DNA of 64,000 bases from an uncultured Actinomycetota bacterium. Lineage in GTDB: Bacteria; Actinomycetota; Acidimicrobiia; Spongiisociales; UBA4744. Positions within the stretch are counted from its first letter, which is position 1. Each line of letters opens with the position of its first letter. Position numbers and translations under genes: made by a program. Below the pieces are notes generated by a model. That model saw only the letters and a program-made list of their open reading frames with translations. It searched no databases and had not been told where the DNA came from. The stretch spans positions 37,576-101,575 of the forward strand of contig CAVQSB010000007.1 in the NCBI GenBank assembly GCA_963715305.1, read 5' to 3'. Positions 45,579-56,676 of this stretch are shown in pieces.

Positions 45579-46379
45579 ATGAGAAACTGGCACGAAGTCG
45601 GCGACGGTGTATTCGTCCGGCGGTACGCATGGCTTTCCATCACCATCGGGGTGATCGTCGGTGACGACGGGGTTCTGATTGTCGACACGCGCGCCTCTCA
45701 CGACCAGGCCCGCGAGCTGATCGAAGATCTCGCCGGACTGACCGACCTGCCGGTCTGCTGGGTCGTCAACACTCATTACCACTGGGACCACTGCTGGGGG
45801 AATGCGATGTTCCCCACTGCCGAGCTGTGGGGCCATGCCAACACCCGGCTGCACTTGCTCGAGCACGGGGAGCAAGCGCGTCGCCGGGTCATCGCCCAGC
45901 TCCCGGTGGAGCACCACCAGGTTGTCCGCGACGTCGAGATCGTTCCTCCAGAGCACACCTTTTCGGAACGGGTGTCGCTCGACGTTGGACGGACTGTCGA
46001 TCTCAGATATCACGGGCGCGGGCATACGGACAGTGATATCACGGTGGGCGTCGGTGACGTCTTGTTCGCCGGCGATCTCATCGAACAAGCGGCCCCGCCT
46101 TCTTTCGAAGATTCCTTTCCTCTCGACTGGCCCGAAGCGCTCGAAGGCGTGCTGGACGATGTGAGGGGTCCGGTGGTCCCCGGCCATGGTGGTCCGGTTA
46201 ATCGAGACTTCGTAGTCCAACAGCGGGACGACATCGTGGGCATGATCAACCTCGCCCGGGCAGGGTTCGAGGGCGGCGTGCCGGCGCAGGACGTCAACGT
46301 TGCGGACGCTCCATTTCCCGCCGGGGTCGGCCGTGTCGTTGTAGACCGAACCTACGCACAACTCGCCGGCGACATCTGA
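45579..46379 (+). CDS. MBL-fold metallo-hydrolase
   Basis: 266 aa with VVNTHYHWDHCWGN (HxHxDH) and HGRGHTDSD. Confidence 0.8.
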   Translation: MRNWHEVGDGVFVRRYAWLSITIGVIVGDDGVLIVDTRASHDQARELIEDLAGLTDLPVCWVVNTHYHWDHCWGNAMFPTAELWGHANTRLHLLEHGEQARRRVIAQLPVEHHQVVRDVEIVPPEHTFSERVSLDVGRTVDLRYHGRGHTDSDITVGVGDVLFAGDLIEQAAPPSFEDSFPLDWPEALEGVLDDVRGPVVPGHGGPVNRDFVVQQRDDIVGMINLARAGFEGGVPAQDVNVADAPFPAGVGRVVVDRTYAQLAGDI

Positions 46380-46386
46380 GCAAGCG

Positions 46387-47643
46387 TTATCCGTCCTTCT
46401 CGGCCAGTTCTCGAAACTCATCGGGCACTGCGCCCGTCTTGGACAGAGCAACCGAGGCATAGCCAACCGACGTGCGTCCAAATCGATCCCGGACACCGTC
46501 GACCGATCGGTCCAGGGCCCATCGGGCGGCCCCGGCGGAAGTACCGGGCCGCTGGTTCTCCTCACCGATGTCGATGGGAAGTTCGAGTTGGAGGGCTGCC
46601 TCGTGAACCAGTTGCGAAACCGAGATGGCCAGGAGCGTGATCACCCGCTCTTGTTGGTGGTCGTTCAGGGCCGTCAAAACCAGCGAGTGCGCCACCTCGG
46701 CGAGAATGGGAGTTGCTGAGATGGCCGCCGGGAGGGTGACCGATCGAGTGACCGATTGCATTTCCGCGAACCGAACCCTGACCGTGACGGTCTTCCCCGC
46801 TCGCTCCTTGGCTCGCAAACGGGTCGCAACCCGGTCGGCGAGGTGCCGCAGCGTCATCCGGATGAGGTCCGGTGATATGTCCTTTCGTCCCAGTGCCGAC
46901 TGAGCGCCGACCGACCCGGCCCGGTGGGTTGTTTCAATGTGACGGGGGTCCTGATTCCAGGCCAGCGAGCCGAGCTTGGTGCCGACTGCCCGTCCCAACA
47001 GGTTCTCGAGCGAGCGGCCCGGCGTGGCGGCCAGTTCCCCGATGGTCCTGATACCTCGCGCGGCTAATCGCGCCTGCGTAACCGGACCCACCCCCCACAT
47101 GAGTTCCACCGGTAGAGGGTGGAGGAAGTCCAGCTCCTCTTCCGGTTCTACGACGATGAACCCGTCGGGTTTGGCTACCTGCGAAGCGATCTTGGCGAGA
47201 TGTTTGGTACGGGCCACCCCCACGGAGACGGGAAGCCCTGCCTCTTCGCGGGTGCGGCGCCGGATGTCTACGGCGATCGCCTGCGGTGACCCGAAGAGAT
47301 GCACAGAGCCGGCTACATCGAGGAAAGCCTCATCGATCGAGATCCTCTCCACCAGGGGAGTGAAGTCGCGCATGATGTCGATGACCTGATCTCCGAGGCG
47401 TTGATATTCGGCGAAGTGACCTCCGACGAACTTCAGGTCGGGGCACAGTTCTCGCGCCAGGCGGCCCCCCATCCCGCCACGTACGCCGCATTTCTTGGCT
47501 TCGTAGGAGGCGGCCAGCACCACGCCGCCCCCGACCGCGATGGGCTTTCCCCGAAGCTTCGGATCGAGGAGTTGTTCCACCGACGCATAGAAGGCGTCGA
47601 GATCAGCGTGCAGGATAGTGGCCCCGGCAGCAGCCATAGGCAC
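46387..47643 (-). CDS. dinB: DNA polymerase IV (Y family)
   Basis: 418 aa: ILHADLDAFYASVEQLLDPKLRGKPIAVGG...SIDEAFLDV. Confidence 0.9.
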   Translation of the reverse strand: MPMAAAGATILHADLDAFYASVEQLLDPKLRGKPIAVGGGVVLAASYEAKKCGVRGGMGGRLARELCPDLKFVGGHFAEYQRLGDQVIDIMRDFTPLVERISIDEAFLDVAGSVHLFGSPQAIAVDIRRRTREEAGLPVSVGVARTKHLAKIASQVAKPDGFIVVEPEEELDFLHPLPVELMWGVGPVTQARLAARGIRTIGELAATPGRSLENLLGRAVGTKLGSLAWNQDPRHIETTHRAGSVGAQSALGRKDISPDLIRMTLRHLADRVATRLRAKERAGKTVTVRVRFAEMQSVTRSVTLPAAISATPILAEVAHSLVLTALNDHQQERVITLLAISVSQLVHEAALQLELPIDIGEENQRPGTSAGAARWALDRSVDGVRDRFGRTSVGYASVALSKTGAVPDEFRELAEKDG

Positions 47644-47776
47644 ATCTTAACCGAACATATGTTCGATTACGGGTTCGGCCCTGCACGTTGTTGTCGTGCG
47701 GTCGGCGAACGCGGGTCAACCGGGATGGATAGCCTGGAGAACGGACACGGTCCATGGACCATCCTGGAGGCCAGAG

Positions 47777-49147
47777 TTGCTGCAGTCGATCAATCCCGTG
47801 ACGGGGGAACTGGTAGCTGAGTACCGGGAACACCAACCCAAGGAGGTAGATTGCTTCGTTGAGATCGCCGACCAGACCTCTCGCTCCTGGAGCAAGCTCG
47901 AATTCGGAGCCCGGGCGTTGGTTCTGAATAGGGTGGGTGATCTCCTGGACCAGCGAGCCGACGATCTGGCAAGTCTGATGGCGCGCGAGATGGGCAAGCC
48001 GGTCGCTCAAGGCACGACGGAGGCACGGAAGTGCGCCTGGGTCTGCAGGCACTACGCCGATCACGCTGAGCAGTACCTGCGCGACGTCATCATCGAGACG
48101 GAGGCACTGAAGAGCTTTGTCACCTATCAGCCACTCGGGGTGATCCTGGGAGTTATGCCGTGGAACTTCCCCCTATGGCAGGTGTTCCGATTTGCCGCTC
48201 CGGCCCTCATGGCGGGCAACGCCGGGCTGCTCAAGCACTCCTCCAACGTCTCCGGTTGCGCCCTGGCCATCGAGGACATCCTTCTGACGAGCGGTCTTCC
48301 GGAAGGATTGTTCCGGACCCTGTTGATCCCTTCGTCCCGGGTAGAGCCGGTCGTCGCCCATCCGCTCGTCCGGGCTGCCACGTTGACCGGATCGGGTCCG
48401 GCAGGGGCGGCGGTAGCGGCGGCAGCCGGCCTGCATCTCAAGAAGACCGTTCTGGAACTGGGCGGGAGTGATCCCTATCTCGTGCTCGAGGATGCGGACC
48501 TCGATCTGGCTGCCACCACCTGCGCTACCAGCCGTCTGCTCAACGGTGGCCAGAGTTGCATTGCGGCGAAGCGCTTTATCGTCCACGAAAGCGTCGGTGC
48601 TGAGTTCACGGAGAAACTGATTTCTGCCATGGCTTCCAAGAAGATGGGCGATCCGTTGGATCCGGATACGGACATCGGGCCACAGGCGCGAGTTGATCTA
48701 CGTGACGAGCTCCACCAACAGGTCCTGGACAGTGTCACGGCCGGAGCAAGGCTCGAACTAGGTGGTGCGATTCCCCCAGGACCGGGCGCGTTCTACCCCG
48801 CCACGGTGCTGACCGGTGTCGGCAAAGGCATGCCCGCCTACCACGAAGAGATGTTTGGCCCCGTCGCGGCCGTCACCCTGGTCGGCGGCGAAGACGAGGC
48901 GATAGCCGTCGCCAACGACAGCGAGTTCGGGCTGGGCGCCGCCGTCTTCTCGAGAGACGCCGAGCGCGCGGAGGCGGTGGCCGGGCGGGTCGAGGCCGGG
49001 AACGTCGCGATCAATACGCTGGTCGCCTCCGACCCCCGTCTGCCATTTGGCGGGATCAAGCAGTCCGGTTACGGCAGGGAACTGGCCGACCTCGGCATCA
49101 AGGAGTTCATGAACGCCAAGACCGTTGTGGTTGCCCGGCCATCATGA
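47777..49147 (+). CDS. NAD(P)-dependent aldehyde dehydrogenase (succinate-semialdehyde dehydrogenase-like)
   Basis: ORF 47696..49147. TTG 47777 gives (M)LQSINPVTGE... at about 456 aa. Has VLELGGSDP and the catalytic Cys region NGGQSCIAAKRF. Confidence 0.85.
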   Translation: MLQSINPVTGELVAEYREHQPKEVDCFVEIADQTSRSWSKLEFGARALVLNRVGDLLDQRADDLASLMAREMGKPVAQGTTEARKCAWVCRHYADHAEQYLRDVIIETEALKSFVTYQPLGVILGVMPWNFPLWQVFRFAAPALMAGNAGLLKHSSNVSGCALAIEDILLTSGLPEGLFRTLLIPSSRVEPVVAHPLVRAATLTGSGPAGAAVAAAAGLHLKKTVLELGGSDPYLVLEDADLDLAATTCATSRLLNGGQSCIAAKRFIVHESVGAEFTEKLISAMASKKMGDPLDPDTDIGPQARVDLRDELHQQVLDSVTAGARLELGGAIPPGPGAFYPATVLTGVGKGMPAYHEEMFGPVAAVTLVGGEDEAIAVANDSEFGLGAAVFSRDAERAEAVAGRVEAGNVAINTLVASDPRLPFGGIKQSGYGRELADLGIKEFMNAKTVVVARPS

Positions 49148-49489
49148 GCCTCGTTGGCCGAACACGAACATCAGGACCAGGCTGACGGCAGCGGCCAACC
49201 CAAAGATTGCTGCGGTTGTGGCTGCCCCGGCCGCCGCCAGGGCCGTCGCGGCCGCTGCGAAGAAGCCAATTTCGACGGCTACCCGGACCGGGTCCTCCAG
49301 TCGGTTGGGCGCTTTTGGACCGATGAACCGGCCCCAGATCGCTGCTGCGCTCACCGGAACGCCGACGGCCAGGAGGAATCGCACGGCTGGATTGGTCCCG
49401 GTGTGCCATCCCCAGTACGCCAGGCCGGCCAGGGCGCCCAGTTCGAGCAGGAAACGCAGGGCAAGATTGGCCGATTTCACGGATGGCAT
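49142..49489 (-). CDS. small membrane protein (DUF2568/YrdB-like)
   Basis: 115 aa with 4 hydrophobic helices: LRFLLELGALAGLAYWGW. Confidence 0.5.
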   Translation of the reverse strand: MPSVKSANLALRFLLELGALAGLAYWGWHTGTNPAVRFLLAVGVPVSAAAIWGRFIGPKAPNRLEDPVRVAVEIGFFAAAATALAAAGAATTAAIFGLAAAVSLVLMFVFGQRGS

Positions 49490-49553
49490 TGTGCCATCGT
49501 CCCCCGGATTGCGCGCACCCTATTTCGACGACCCTCCGGTAGCCTTCCCATCC

Positions 49554-50654
49554 ATGACGACCGATCGACCGTTGCTCAAAGACCTGATCGACCTACCCTC
49601 GGTGGCCGGGCTGGCCGAGGCGGTGGCGGCGGTCTACCCGACCATGCAACCGGACGTGATCGTTGCGCAAGTGTTCGATGGGGAATGGCCGGACCGCGCG
49701 TTGAAGCAGCGCATCCGGCACGTAGCTGTAGTGCTTCGTCGCAACCTACCGGCCGATTACCCGGCGGCGCTGACGCTGCTGCGGCAGGCTGCGGCGGGAG
49801 TGGACGAACTCGGGTTCACGGCGATGGCGTTCAACGACTTCGTGGAAGAATTCGGAGTCGATGACCCTGATAACTCCCTTCCGGCCCTCGAGCAGTTCAC
49901 CAAACTGGTTTCGGCCGAGTTCGCGATCCGTCCTTTCCTCGAGCATCATCCCGACCGCACCTTGGGTCAGCTCATGACCTGGGCTGGAAGCGACGACTGG
50001 CGGGTACGGCGGCTGGCCAGCGAAGGATCGCGTCCCCGGCTGCCGTGGGGGATGGGTTTGCGCTCCCTGAAGCTCGACCCTTCTCCGATCGTGCCGATTC
50101 TCACGGTACTTCGGAAGGATTCCTCCGCAGACGTTCGCCGCAGCGTTGCCAACAGCCTCAACGACATCTCCAAGGATCATCCCAGAGTTGTTGTTGATCT
50201 CCTCGCGTCCTGGCAGGACGGAAGCCGCCAGACGGGTGCCTTGACCAAGCATGCTCTCCGTACGCTTGTCAAGAAGGGCCACCCGGGCGCTCTCGACCTC
50301 TTGGGGTTCTCCTCAGAACCTGCGGTAGTCATCCGCAAGGCAAGAGTCGTGCCCCCTTCGGTCCGGATCGGGGGAGCGGTGCACCTCAGCTTCGAGGTCG
50401 CGGCAATCGGGGAGGCGCCCCAACCGTTGATGATCGACTTTGCCATTGAGTTCCAAAACGTGTCCGGCACCGGGTCTCGCAAGGTATTCAAAGGCAAAGT
50501 GGTCGAGCTGGCCGGGGGAGACCACGTCGCTCTGCGGAGGAAGATCAGCCTGCAGCCGCTGTCGACCAGGGCGATCCTTCCCGGGCCGCATTTCGCGGAG
50601 GTCCAGGTGAACGGGAGCGTGTTGGAACGTCTCGGCTTTGAAGTCACCCCCTAG
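49554..50654 (+). CDS. DNA alkylation repair enzyme-like HEAT-repeat protein (AlkD/AlkC superfamily)
   Basis: In-frame ATG at 49554 (MTTDRPLLKDLIDL...). Reads WAGSDDWRVRRLASEGSRPRLPWG...DVRRSVANSLNDISKDHP. Confidence 0.7.
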   Translation: MTTDRPLLKDLIDLPSVAGLAEAVAAVYPTMQPDVIVAQVFDGEWPDRALKQRIRHVAVVLRRNLPADYPAALTLLRQAAAGVDELGFTAMAFNDFVEEFGVDDPDNSLPALEQFTKLVSAEFAIRPFLEHHPDRTLGQLMTWAGSDDWRVRRLASEGSRPRLPWGMGLRSLKLDPSPIVPILTVLRKDSSADVRRSVANSLNDISKDHPRVVVDLLASWQDGSRQTGALTKHALRTLVKKGHPGALDLLGFSSEPAVVIRKARVVPPSVRIGGAVHLSFEVAAIGEAPQPLMIDFAIEFQNVSGTGSRKVFKGKVVELAGGDHVALRRKISLQPLSTRAILPGPHFAEVQVNGSVLERLGFEVTP

Positions 50655-50812
50655 TCGGCCTCGCCCGGTTGGCCTCGAGCCCGGTCCTCTCTGGGGTTGT
50701 CGCACACTGGTGAGAGGCCCCATGGCGGAGGGCCGATCCGGCTGCCGTTCGTGCACCCGGGCCGGCGGTTTCGACCGGTTACGAACACTTCGCCATCTGC
50801 GAGGATGAGCCC

Positions 50813-52060
50813 ATGAAGGCTGCCCCGCTTCCAGATCGAGCTGAGGTTGTCGTGATCGGGGCGGGTCTGGCCGGGCTGGCGGCGGCCACCACCCTCCAGA
50901 AGGCCGGTCGGGACGTGCGGGTCCTTGAAGCGTCCGACGGGGTTGGGGGAAGGGTCCGAACCGATCGGGTTGACGGTTTCCTCTTGGACCGGGGTTTTCA
51001 AGTGATGTTGACAGGGTACCCCGAAGCGCACCGCCAGCTGGATCTCGAGGCTCTGGACTTGAGGCCATTTGCCCCGGGGGCGGTGGTCTGGCTCGGCGCC
51101 CGCGGGTACCGGGTTGGGGATCCTTTCCGCCGGCCATCAACCCTGCTGGACACAGTATTCAGTCCGGTGGGCTCCATCGCCGACAAGGTTCGGCTCCTCG
51201 CCCTGCGGACACGCTTGAAGCGCTCCGACCCCAAAGCCTTGCTGCGGGGCGCCGACATCTCGACCCGGCAGTATGTGCGAGATCTCGGTTTCAGTGATCG
51301 GTTCGTCGAACGTTTTCTCAGGCCGCTTTTCGCCGGAATCCAACTCGATCCGGACCTCGACACGTCGCGGCGGATGTTCGATACCATTTTCCGGTCGTTA
51401 ACGATGGGCGATTCGGCCGTGCCGGCCGAAGGGATGGGGGCGATTCCTGCGCAGATGGCCGCCCGCTTGCCACCCGGGTCCGTCCACTTCAACACGGAGG
51501 TCGTGGCCGTCGAATCCGGCAATGTTCTGGTTTCTGGTGGGCGTCGGGTTGTCGCCGCGGCCGTGGTGGTCGCCACCGAGGGCCCGGAAGCGGTGCGTCT
51601 GCTGGATCTGCAACCCGTCGGTTCGCGCTCCGTTTCTTGTGTCTACTTCGCCGCCGGGGCGGATCCCGTCGGTGATCGAATGGTGGTCCTCGACGGCGCC
51701 CGTAGCGGTCCGGTTGCCAATCTGGCGGTGATGAGCACGGTGGCGCCTTCCTACGCTCCGCCCGGCCGGGTGTTGATCGCGGCCGCCTGCCCGGGACCGC
51801 AACCCGAGGATCTTGAACCTACGGTGCGAGCCCAGTTGACCGGGTGGTTCGGGCCGATCGTCACCACCTGGACCCACCTGCGCACCTACCACATCGCCCA
51901 CGGACAACCCGACCAGTCACCGCCGTTCCATCCAAAGGAAGAGGTACGGCTCGGCGAAACGTTGTGGGTGTGCGGCGATCACCGGGATACCGGTTCTATT
52001 CAGGGAGCCCTCCTTTCCGGGCGACGCACCGGCGAAGCTGTAGCGGCCTCACTCGGCTGA
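50813..52060 (+). CDS. NAD(P)/FAD-dependent oxidoreductase (amine oxidase / phytoene desaturase-like)
   Basis: 415 aa: VVVIGAGLAGLAAATTLQKAGRDVRVLEASDGVGGRVRTD. Confidence 0.8.
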   Translation: MKAAPLPDRAEVVVIGAGLAGLAAATTLQKAGRDVRVLEASDGVGGRVRTDRVDGFLLDRGFQVMLTGYPEAHRQLDLEALDLRPFAPGAVVWLGARGYRVGDPFRRPSTLLDTVFSPVGSIADKVRLLALRTRLKRSDPKALLRGADISTRQYVRDLGFSDRFVERFLRPLFAGIQLDPDLDTSRRMFDTIFRSLTMGDSAVPAEGMGAIPAQMAARLPPGSVHFNTEVVAVESGNVLVSGGRRVVAAAVVVATEGPEAVRLLDLQPVGSRSVSCVYFAAGADPVGDRMVVLDGARSGPVANLAVMSTVAPSYAPPGRVLIAAACPGPQPEDLEPTVRAQLTGWFGPIVTTWTHLRTYHIAHGQPDQSPPFHPKEEVRLGETLWVCGDHRDTGSIQGALLSGRRTGEAVAASLG

Positions 52061-52074
52061 TGCGACAGGTCGTT

Positions 52075-53544
52075 TCAGGCCCACTCGCGAGCAGGAGGAG
52101 GTAGCTCGGAACGGGTTTCCGCAGCGGCGGCAATCCGTTCAGCCATGAGACGGAAGATGATTGCGTGAAACGGGATCAGCACTGCCCAGTACAGGCGGCC
52201 CATGAGGCCGCGCGGGCGGAAGTAAGCGGTCTGTCGCAAGGTGGTCTGATCGCCCTCTCCATCGGCCCGGAACTCCAGCCAGGCTTCGCCGGGCAGGCGC
52301 ATTTCCGCATGCAGGAGCAGGCGGCGGTTGGGTTCAACGGCTGCCACCCGCCAAAAATCGAGTGCTTCTCCGCGCCGGAGCTCTTCAGGATGCCGGCGTC
52401 CGCGACGGAGCCCGACCCCTCCGACCAAGCTATCCAGCAGACCACGTAGCTGCCAGGCCCATCCGAATCCGTAGTAGCCGTTGGTTCCACCGATTCTCGA
52501 GAAAGCCCAGAACAGGTCGTTGCTCGATGCGTGGGCAGGCACCTCCCGATGATCCCGGTACAGCGTCCCGCCCGACCAGTCCGGGTCGGACGCGGTCGGC
52601 TGGGCAGGCGACGGCTCGGCATCCGACCACCGGGTCGGTACGGCCAATTCTTCGGAAACTTCGAGGGCCCGGCCGACGGCCTCACGGTAGGTCAGGAGCT
52701 TCCGGGGGTAGTTCTCCAGGAAGGAGGAATCCCGCACCACGACCTCATTGCGGAGACTATCGACCAAGGGTTTGGCGATGCCGCTCGGGATGGGAGTCAC
52801 CAACCCGACCCAATGGGAAGACAGCTTCGGGCTCAAGACCGGTACCGGCACGATGAGACGGCGCGGTAGGGAGGCCTCCTCGGCATAGATCCGCATCATC
52901 TCCTCGTATTCGAGGACGTCGGGACCACCGATTTCGTAGATGTGATCGTCCTCGCTGGTGTCGTCCAGCGCGTCAACCAGGATGCCGAGGACGTCGCGGA
53001 TGGCTATGGGCTGGCAGCGGGTTCGAACCCACCGGGGAGTCACCATCACAGGGAGAACTTCGGTGAGGTAGCGCAACATCTCGAAGGAAACCGACCCGGA
53101 TCCGATAATGACGGCAGCCCGCAACTCGGTGACCGGGGTGACACCGCCTGCCAGGACTCGACCGACCTCGTGGCGGCTGGACAGGTGCTCGGAGAGGCCG
53201 TCGCCGCCGCCCATGCCTCCCAGGTAGACGATGCGGTTGACATCGGCCCGGTCGGCAGCTTGCTGGAAGTTCTTGGCTCCCACCCGGTCGCGTTCGGCAA
53301 ACTGACCGACTCCGTCCATCGAGTGCACCAGGTAGTAGGCCGCTTCGCAGCCGTCCAGGGCTGCGTCGAGCGTGGCCGGTTCGAGGATGTCGCCCCGAAC
53401 AACTTCCACTTGATCGCGCCAGGGATCCTGATCGAGCTTGCGGGGATCGCGCACGAGACAGCGAACCTGATGGCCCGCCTCCAATAGGCGCGGGACCAGC
53501 CTTCCCCCGACGTAGCCGGTCGCTCCGGTGACGAGAACACGCAT
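52075..53544 (-). CDS. NAD(P)H-binding SDR-type protein with a DUF2867-like C-terminal domain
   Basis: 489 aa with [33 protein letters not shown]. The C-terminal half matches the architecture I recall for the SDR+DUF2867 fusion. Confidence 0.75.
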   Translation of the reverse strand: MRVLVTGATGYVGGRLVPRLLEAGHQVRCLVRDPRKLDQDPWRDQVEVVRGDILEPATLDAALDGCEAAYYLVHSMDGVGQFAERDRVGAKNFQQAADRADVNRIVYLGGMGGGDGLSEHLSSRHEVGRVLAGGVTPVTELRAAVIIGSGSVSFEMLRYLTEVLPVMVTPRWVRTRCQPIAIRDVLGILVDALDDTSEDDHIYEIGGPDVLEYEEMMRIYAEEASLPRRLIVPVPVLSPKLSSHWVGLVTPIPSGIAKPLVDSLRNEVVVRDSSFLENYPRKLLTYREAVGRALEVSEELAVPTRWSDAEPSPAQPTASDPDWSGGTLYRDHREVPAHASSNDLFWAFSRIGGTNGYYGFGWAWQLRGLLDSLVGGVGLRRGRRHPEELRRGEALDFWRVAAVEPNRRLLLHAEMRLPGEAWLEFRADGEGDQTTLRQTAYFRPRGLMGRLYWAVLIPFHAIIFRLMAERIAAAAETRSELPPPAREWA

Positions 53545-53692
53545 AGAAATGTCGAGCCGCAGGATCGGCCGACTGCCTCCTTACCCGCTCTACGGTACTG
53601 CCGATCGGTAGAGATGACGGCTGACGTCGCGAAAGGCTTCCAACTCCGACGCAGCTGGTCTTCTAGTGTCGGGTCTGGAAAGGAGCGAGCCG

Positions 53693-54661
53693 ATGCATGC
53701 CGTCCAGATCAGCGAGACGGGGGGGCCTGAGGTTCTGTCGTGGGACGAGGTTCCCAGTCCGATTCCGGGTCCCGACGAAGTGGTCGTGCGACTCGCCGCG
53801 GCAGGGCTCAACTACATCGATACCTATCACCGCAGCGGGCTCTACCCCCGTGACCTGCCGTTTGTACCCGGTCAGGAAGGCTCGGGCACGATTGAATTGC
53901 TCGGTTCGGACGCGAAGGGTTGGCGGATTGGAGATCGGGTGGCCTGGGCCGACGCCGGCTCCTCTTATGCCGAGAGGGTGGCGGTGCCGGTCGCCCGGGC
54001 GGTACGGGTGCCCGGTCCTATCGACCTGGAGACGGGCGCGGCGATGATGCTGCAGGGCATCACGGCCCACTACCTGGCTACCGACACCTTCGCTCTTGGT
54101 CCTGGTCACCGGTGCTTGATCCATGCCGGCGCCGGAGGAGTCGGGCAGTTGTTGATTCAGATTGCCAAGTTGCTTGGCGCTGAAGTCGTTGCCACCGCCG
54201 GGGGCGACGAGAAGGTAGCGGTCGCCGCTGCGGCAGGCGCCGATCACGTGATCGACTACGCCCAGGCAGACTTCGTCAAGGCGGTCGAGGCGCTCTTCGG
54301 GCCCCACGCTATCGATGTGGTTTACGACGGTGTCGGTGCTGCAACCTTCGATGGGGGTCTGCGGGTCTTGCGCCGACGCGGCTTGATGGTCGCGTTCGGG
54401 AATGCCAGCGGGCCGGTACCACCGGTTGCGCCCCTTCTTCTAGCCCAGGGCGGCAGCCTGTTTCTCACTCGCCCGTCGATGAAGGATTACATCGCTACCC
54501 GGGTCGAACTGGAGAGCCGGGTCAGCGATCTGTTCGAGTGGATCGAAGAAGGTCACCTGCAGGTTCGGGTTGGGACCCGGTTCGCTTTGGCTGAAGCGGC
54601 CGATGCCCACCGGGCACTCGAGTCGCGAGCAACCACCGGCAAGGTCCTGCTGATCCCCTGA
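53693..54661 (+). CDS. qor: NADPH:quinone oxidoreductase (zeta-crystallin-like MDR)
   Basis: ATG 53693 after GGAAAGGAG. Reads MHAVQISETGGPEVLSWDEVP...AAGLNYIDTYHRSGLYP...IHAGAGGVGQLL. Confidence 0.85.
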   Translation: MHAVQISETGGPEVLSWDEVPSPIPGPDEVVVRLAAAGLNYIDTYHRSGLYPRDLPFVPGQEGSGTIELLGSDAKGWRIGDRVAWADAGSSYAERVAVPVARAVRVPGPIDLETGAAMMLQGITAHYLATDTFALGPGHRCLIHAGAGGVGQLLIQIAKLLGAEVVATAGGDEKVAVAAAAGADHVIDYAQADFVKAVEALFGPHAIDVVYDGVGAATFDGGLRVLRRRGLMVAFGNASGPVPPVAPLLLAQGGSLFLTRPSMKDYIATRVELESRVSDLFEWIEEGHLQVRVGTRFALAEAADAHRALESRATTGKVLLIP

Positions 54662-54818
54662 GGGGCATTTGCAGTAGGGCCGGATCGGGATTGGCGACGG
54701 GAGGTGCCTATCAAGTTGACTGTGGAGAAGGGCCTCGCCACTCCCGGGCCGCATCCGGCACCGGCCCGCAGTGTGGATCGCGTTCGAAAGGTTCTCCCAT
54801 CGGCCTCAAAATGGCCGC

Positions 54819-55598
54819 CTAGAGCGAAGCTGCCAGTTCGGCTACTTGCGCTGCAGCGCTACCGACCACCGGTTCTCCGTGCCCGAACACCACCGTGTCG
54901 AATTGGTATCCGGCCAGTTTCTTGATGGAGAGGTTGGCGGTTGCCATGTCGGGAGTGAACTGGGGATTGGCGCCGATTACTCCTCCGTCCTGGCCGTTGA
55001 GTGCGTCTCCGGCGATGAGCAGGCTTACGTCGGTCGAGAGAACGCTGATGTGGCCGGGTGTATGCCCGGGTGTTTCGATGATTTCGAGATCAAAGACCTT
55101 GTCTCCGTCCCCGACGGAAATCAGTAGCCTGGGCGACGTGATAGCGGCCAGGTCTCCCGCCCCGGCATAGCCGGTCGCGTCGGCAGCGGCAGCCAGGACC
55201 GCAGGCAAGCTGCCTTGATGGTCCGGATGGCGATGGGTGAGAATGACGTGGCCCACGTTGTTCCAATTCACACCGAGCGCGGCGAGGCCGGCCTCAATAT
55301 CGGATTCGCTGTCGGCAACCCCGGTGTCGACGATGGCGGCCTCTTCGCCTCTCACGACGATGTAGGCGGATACAAACCCGAGGTTGACCCGTTCCCAGGC
55401 AACGGTTCCGTCGTCGGCCTGCGACGTGGTGGTGGCCTGTGATGCGCTGGACGAGGTTGTCTCAGGCTCCCCGGTTGTCGACGGGCCATCGGTGGATCCG
55501 TCCCCATCGGTGCAGGCTGCCAGGCCGAGTACCGCCAGGGCGAGGGTTCCTTTGCCGAGGTCGTACAGGAACCCGCGTCGGCTGATCCCTGGGTGCAT
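54819..55598 (-). CDS. secreted MBL-fold metallo-hydrolase (Tat-type signal plus lipobox)
   Basis: 259 aa: MHPGISRRGFLYDLGKGTLALAVLGLAAC, then ILTHRHPDHQG. Confidence 0.8.
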   Translation of the reverse strand: MHPGISRRGFLYDLGKGTLALAVLGLAACTDGDGSTDGPSTTGEPETTSSSASQATTTSQADDGTVAWERVNLGFVSAYIVVRGEEAAIVDTGVADSESDIEAGLAALGVNWNNVGHVILTHRHPDHQGSLPAVLAAAADATGYAGAGDLAAITSPRLLISVGDGDKVFDLEIIETPGHTPGHISVLSTDVSLLIAGDALNGQDGGVIGANPQFTPDMATANLSIKKLAGYQFDTVVFGHGEPVVGSAAAQVAELAASL

Positions 55599-55670
55599 GC
55601 CGTATCCCTCCGTGATCGCTGATGAGAATGTACCGGGACCGCGGAGATAGGAACGGCGTTGGGTGAGTGT

Positions 55671-56627
55671 TTAGGTCCAGGGCAGGGCGCTCCGCTGTGA
55701 CCAATAGGCTTCCGGATCCTGGGCGATGGGAGGCAGGTCTCCCATGTCGAACCGGTTGAGCGCCTCCATATTCGAGATCAGCTGTGCGACCGTTGCAGCC
55801 CCGCTGAGCACCACATCTGCCCAGGGTTGCGCAACGGCCCCTGCCAGCGCAGCGGCATCGGGTGTCAAACCTGGTTGCCAGGAGCGGAGCCGGGCCGCAA
55901 GACGCCGGTCACGCTCGGTGAGGCGTCCGTTGGCCAGGGCCTCTTTCACGATTACGCCCAGCCCGGCATCGTGTGCCTCGCCGAGTGCCGGGCCTGCCGA
56001 GCGTTCGAGCAGGTTCCAGGTCGCCTGGACGGTGTCGAAGAGTCGGACCCCGTCGACTTCGACCTCGAGGGCGCGCCGGATCACTTCGCTTTGCTGTGGT
56101 CCGCTCACACTCAGCCCGATCGCCATACCCCCGGTCTTGATCCGGGCCAGCGTTTCCCGTACCGCCCCGTCCTCGAGAACAGCCGCAGTCGCCGAATGGA
56201 TCTGATACACCCGGAGATAGGGGCCGAGCAGCTTGATGGTTTCTCGCCACTGGGAGTTGAGGTGGTCGACGGTGAGATCCTTGACCTCGTGGGTTTCGGC
56301 ATCGACCCGCCAATTGGCGGTATACCGGTATCCCCATTTCGAGCCAATGGTGATGTCCCCCGCTGCGATGCCTCGAGCCGATAGCCAACTTGCCATGAAG
56401 GCTTCGGCTCGGCCGTACGACCGGGCGGCATCGAAGTAGCGGATTCCTGCCTCCCAGGCCGCGTCCAGCATGCGATGGGCGTGCTGTTCGAGCGCTTCGA
56501 TACTTCGTCGGCCGGTCAGATCGCTCCCATGGCCCAGGTTCAGGTAGCCGGGCCGACCCAGAGCGGCCAAACCGAGGCCGAGTGAGGTCACCAGGAGTCC
56601 CGTATCCCCGAGATCACGAATGCGCAT
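55671..56627 (-). CDS. aldo/keto reductase
   Basis: 318 aa: MRIRDLGDTGLLVTSLGLGLAALG...FDAARSYG. Confidence 0.85.
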   Translation of the reverse strand: MRIRDLGDTGLLVTSLGLGLAALGRPGYLNLGHGSDLTGRRSIEALEQHAHRMLDAAWEAGIRYFDAARSYGRAEAFMASWLSARGIAAGDITIGSKWGYRYTANWRVDAETHEVKDLTVDHLNSQWRETIKLLGPYLRVYQIHSATAAVLEDGAVRETLARIKTGGMAIGLSVSGPQQSEVIRRALEVEVDGVRLFDTVQATWNLLERSAGPALGEAHDAGLGVIVKEALANGRLTERDRRLAARLRSWQPGLTPDAAALAGAVAQPWADVVLSGAATVAQLISNMEALNRFDMGDLPPIAQDPEAYWSQRSALPWT

Positions 56628-56676
56628 ACGCTCACTCTACGAAAAGAGCTGGTGGCAATCGCCGGGATCCGCCATC

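Noticed and set aside
53018-53035. gggttcgaacccac, a tRNA T-arm-like string
   Set aside because: It lies inside the well-supported SDR gene (52075-53544). No acceptor or anticodon arms can be drawn around it.
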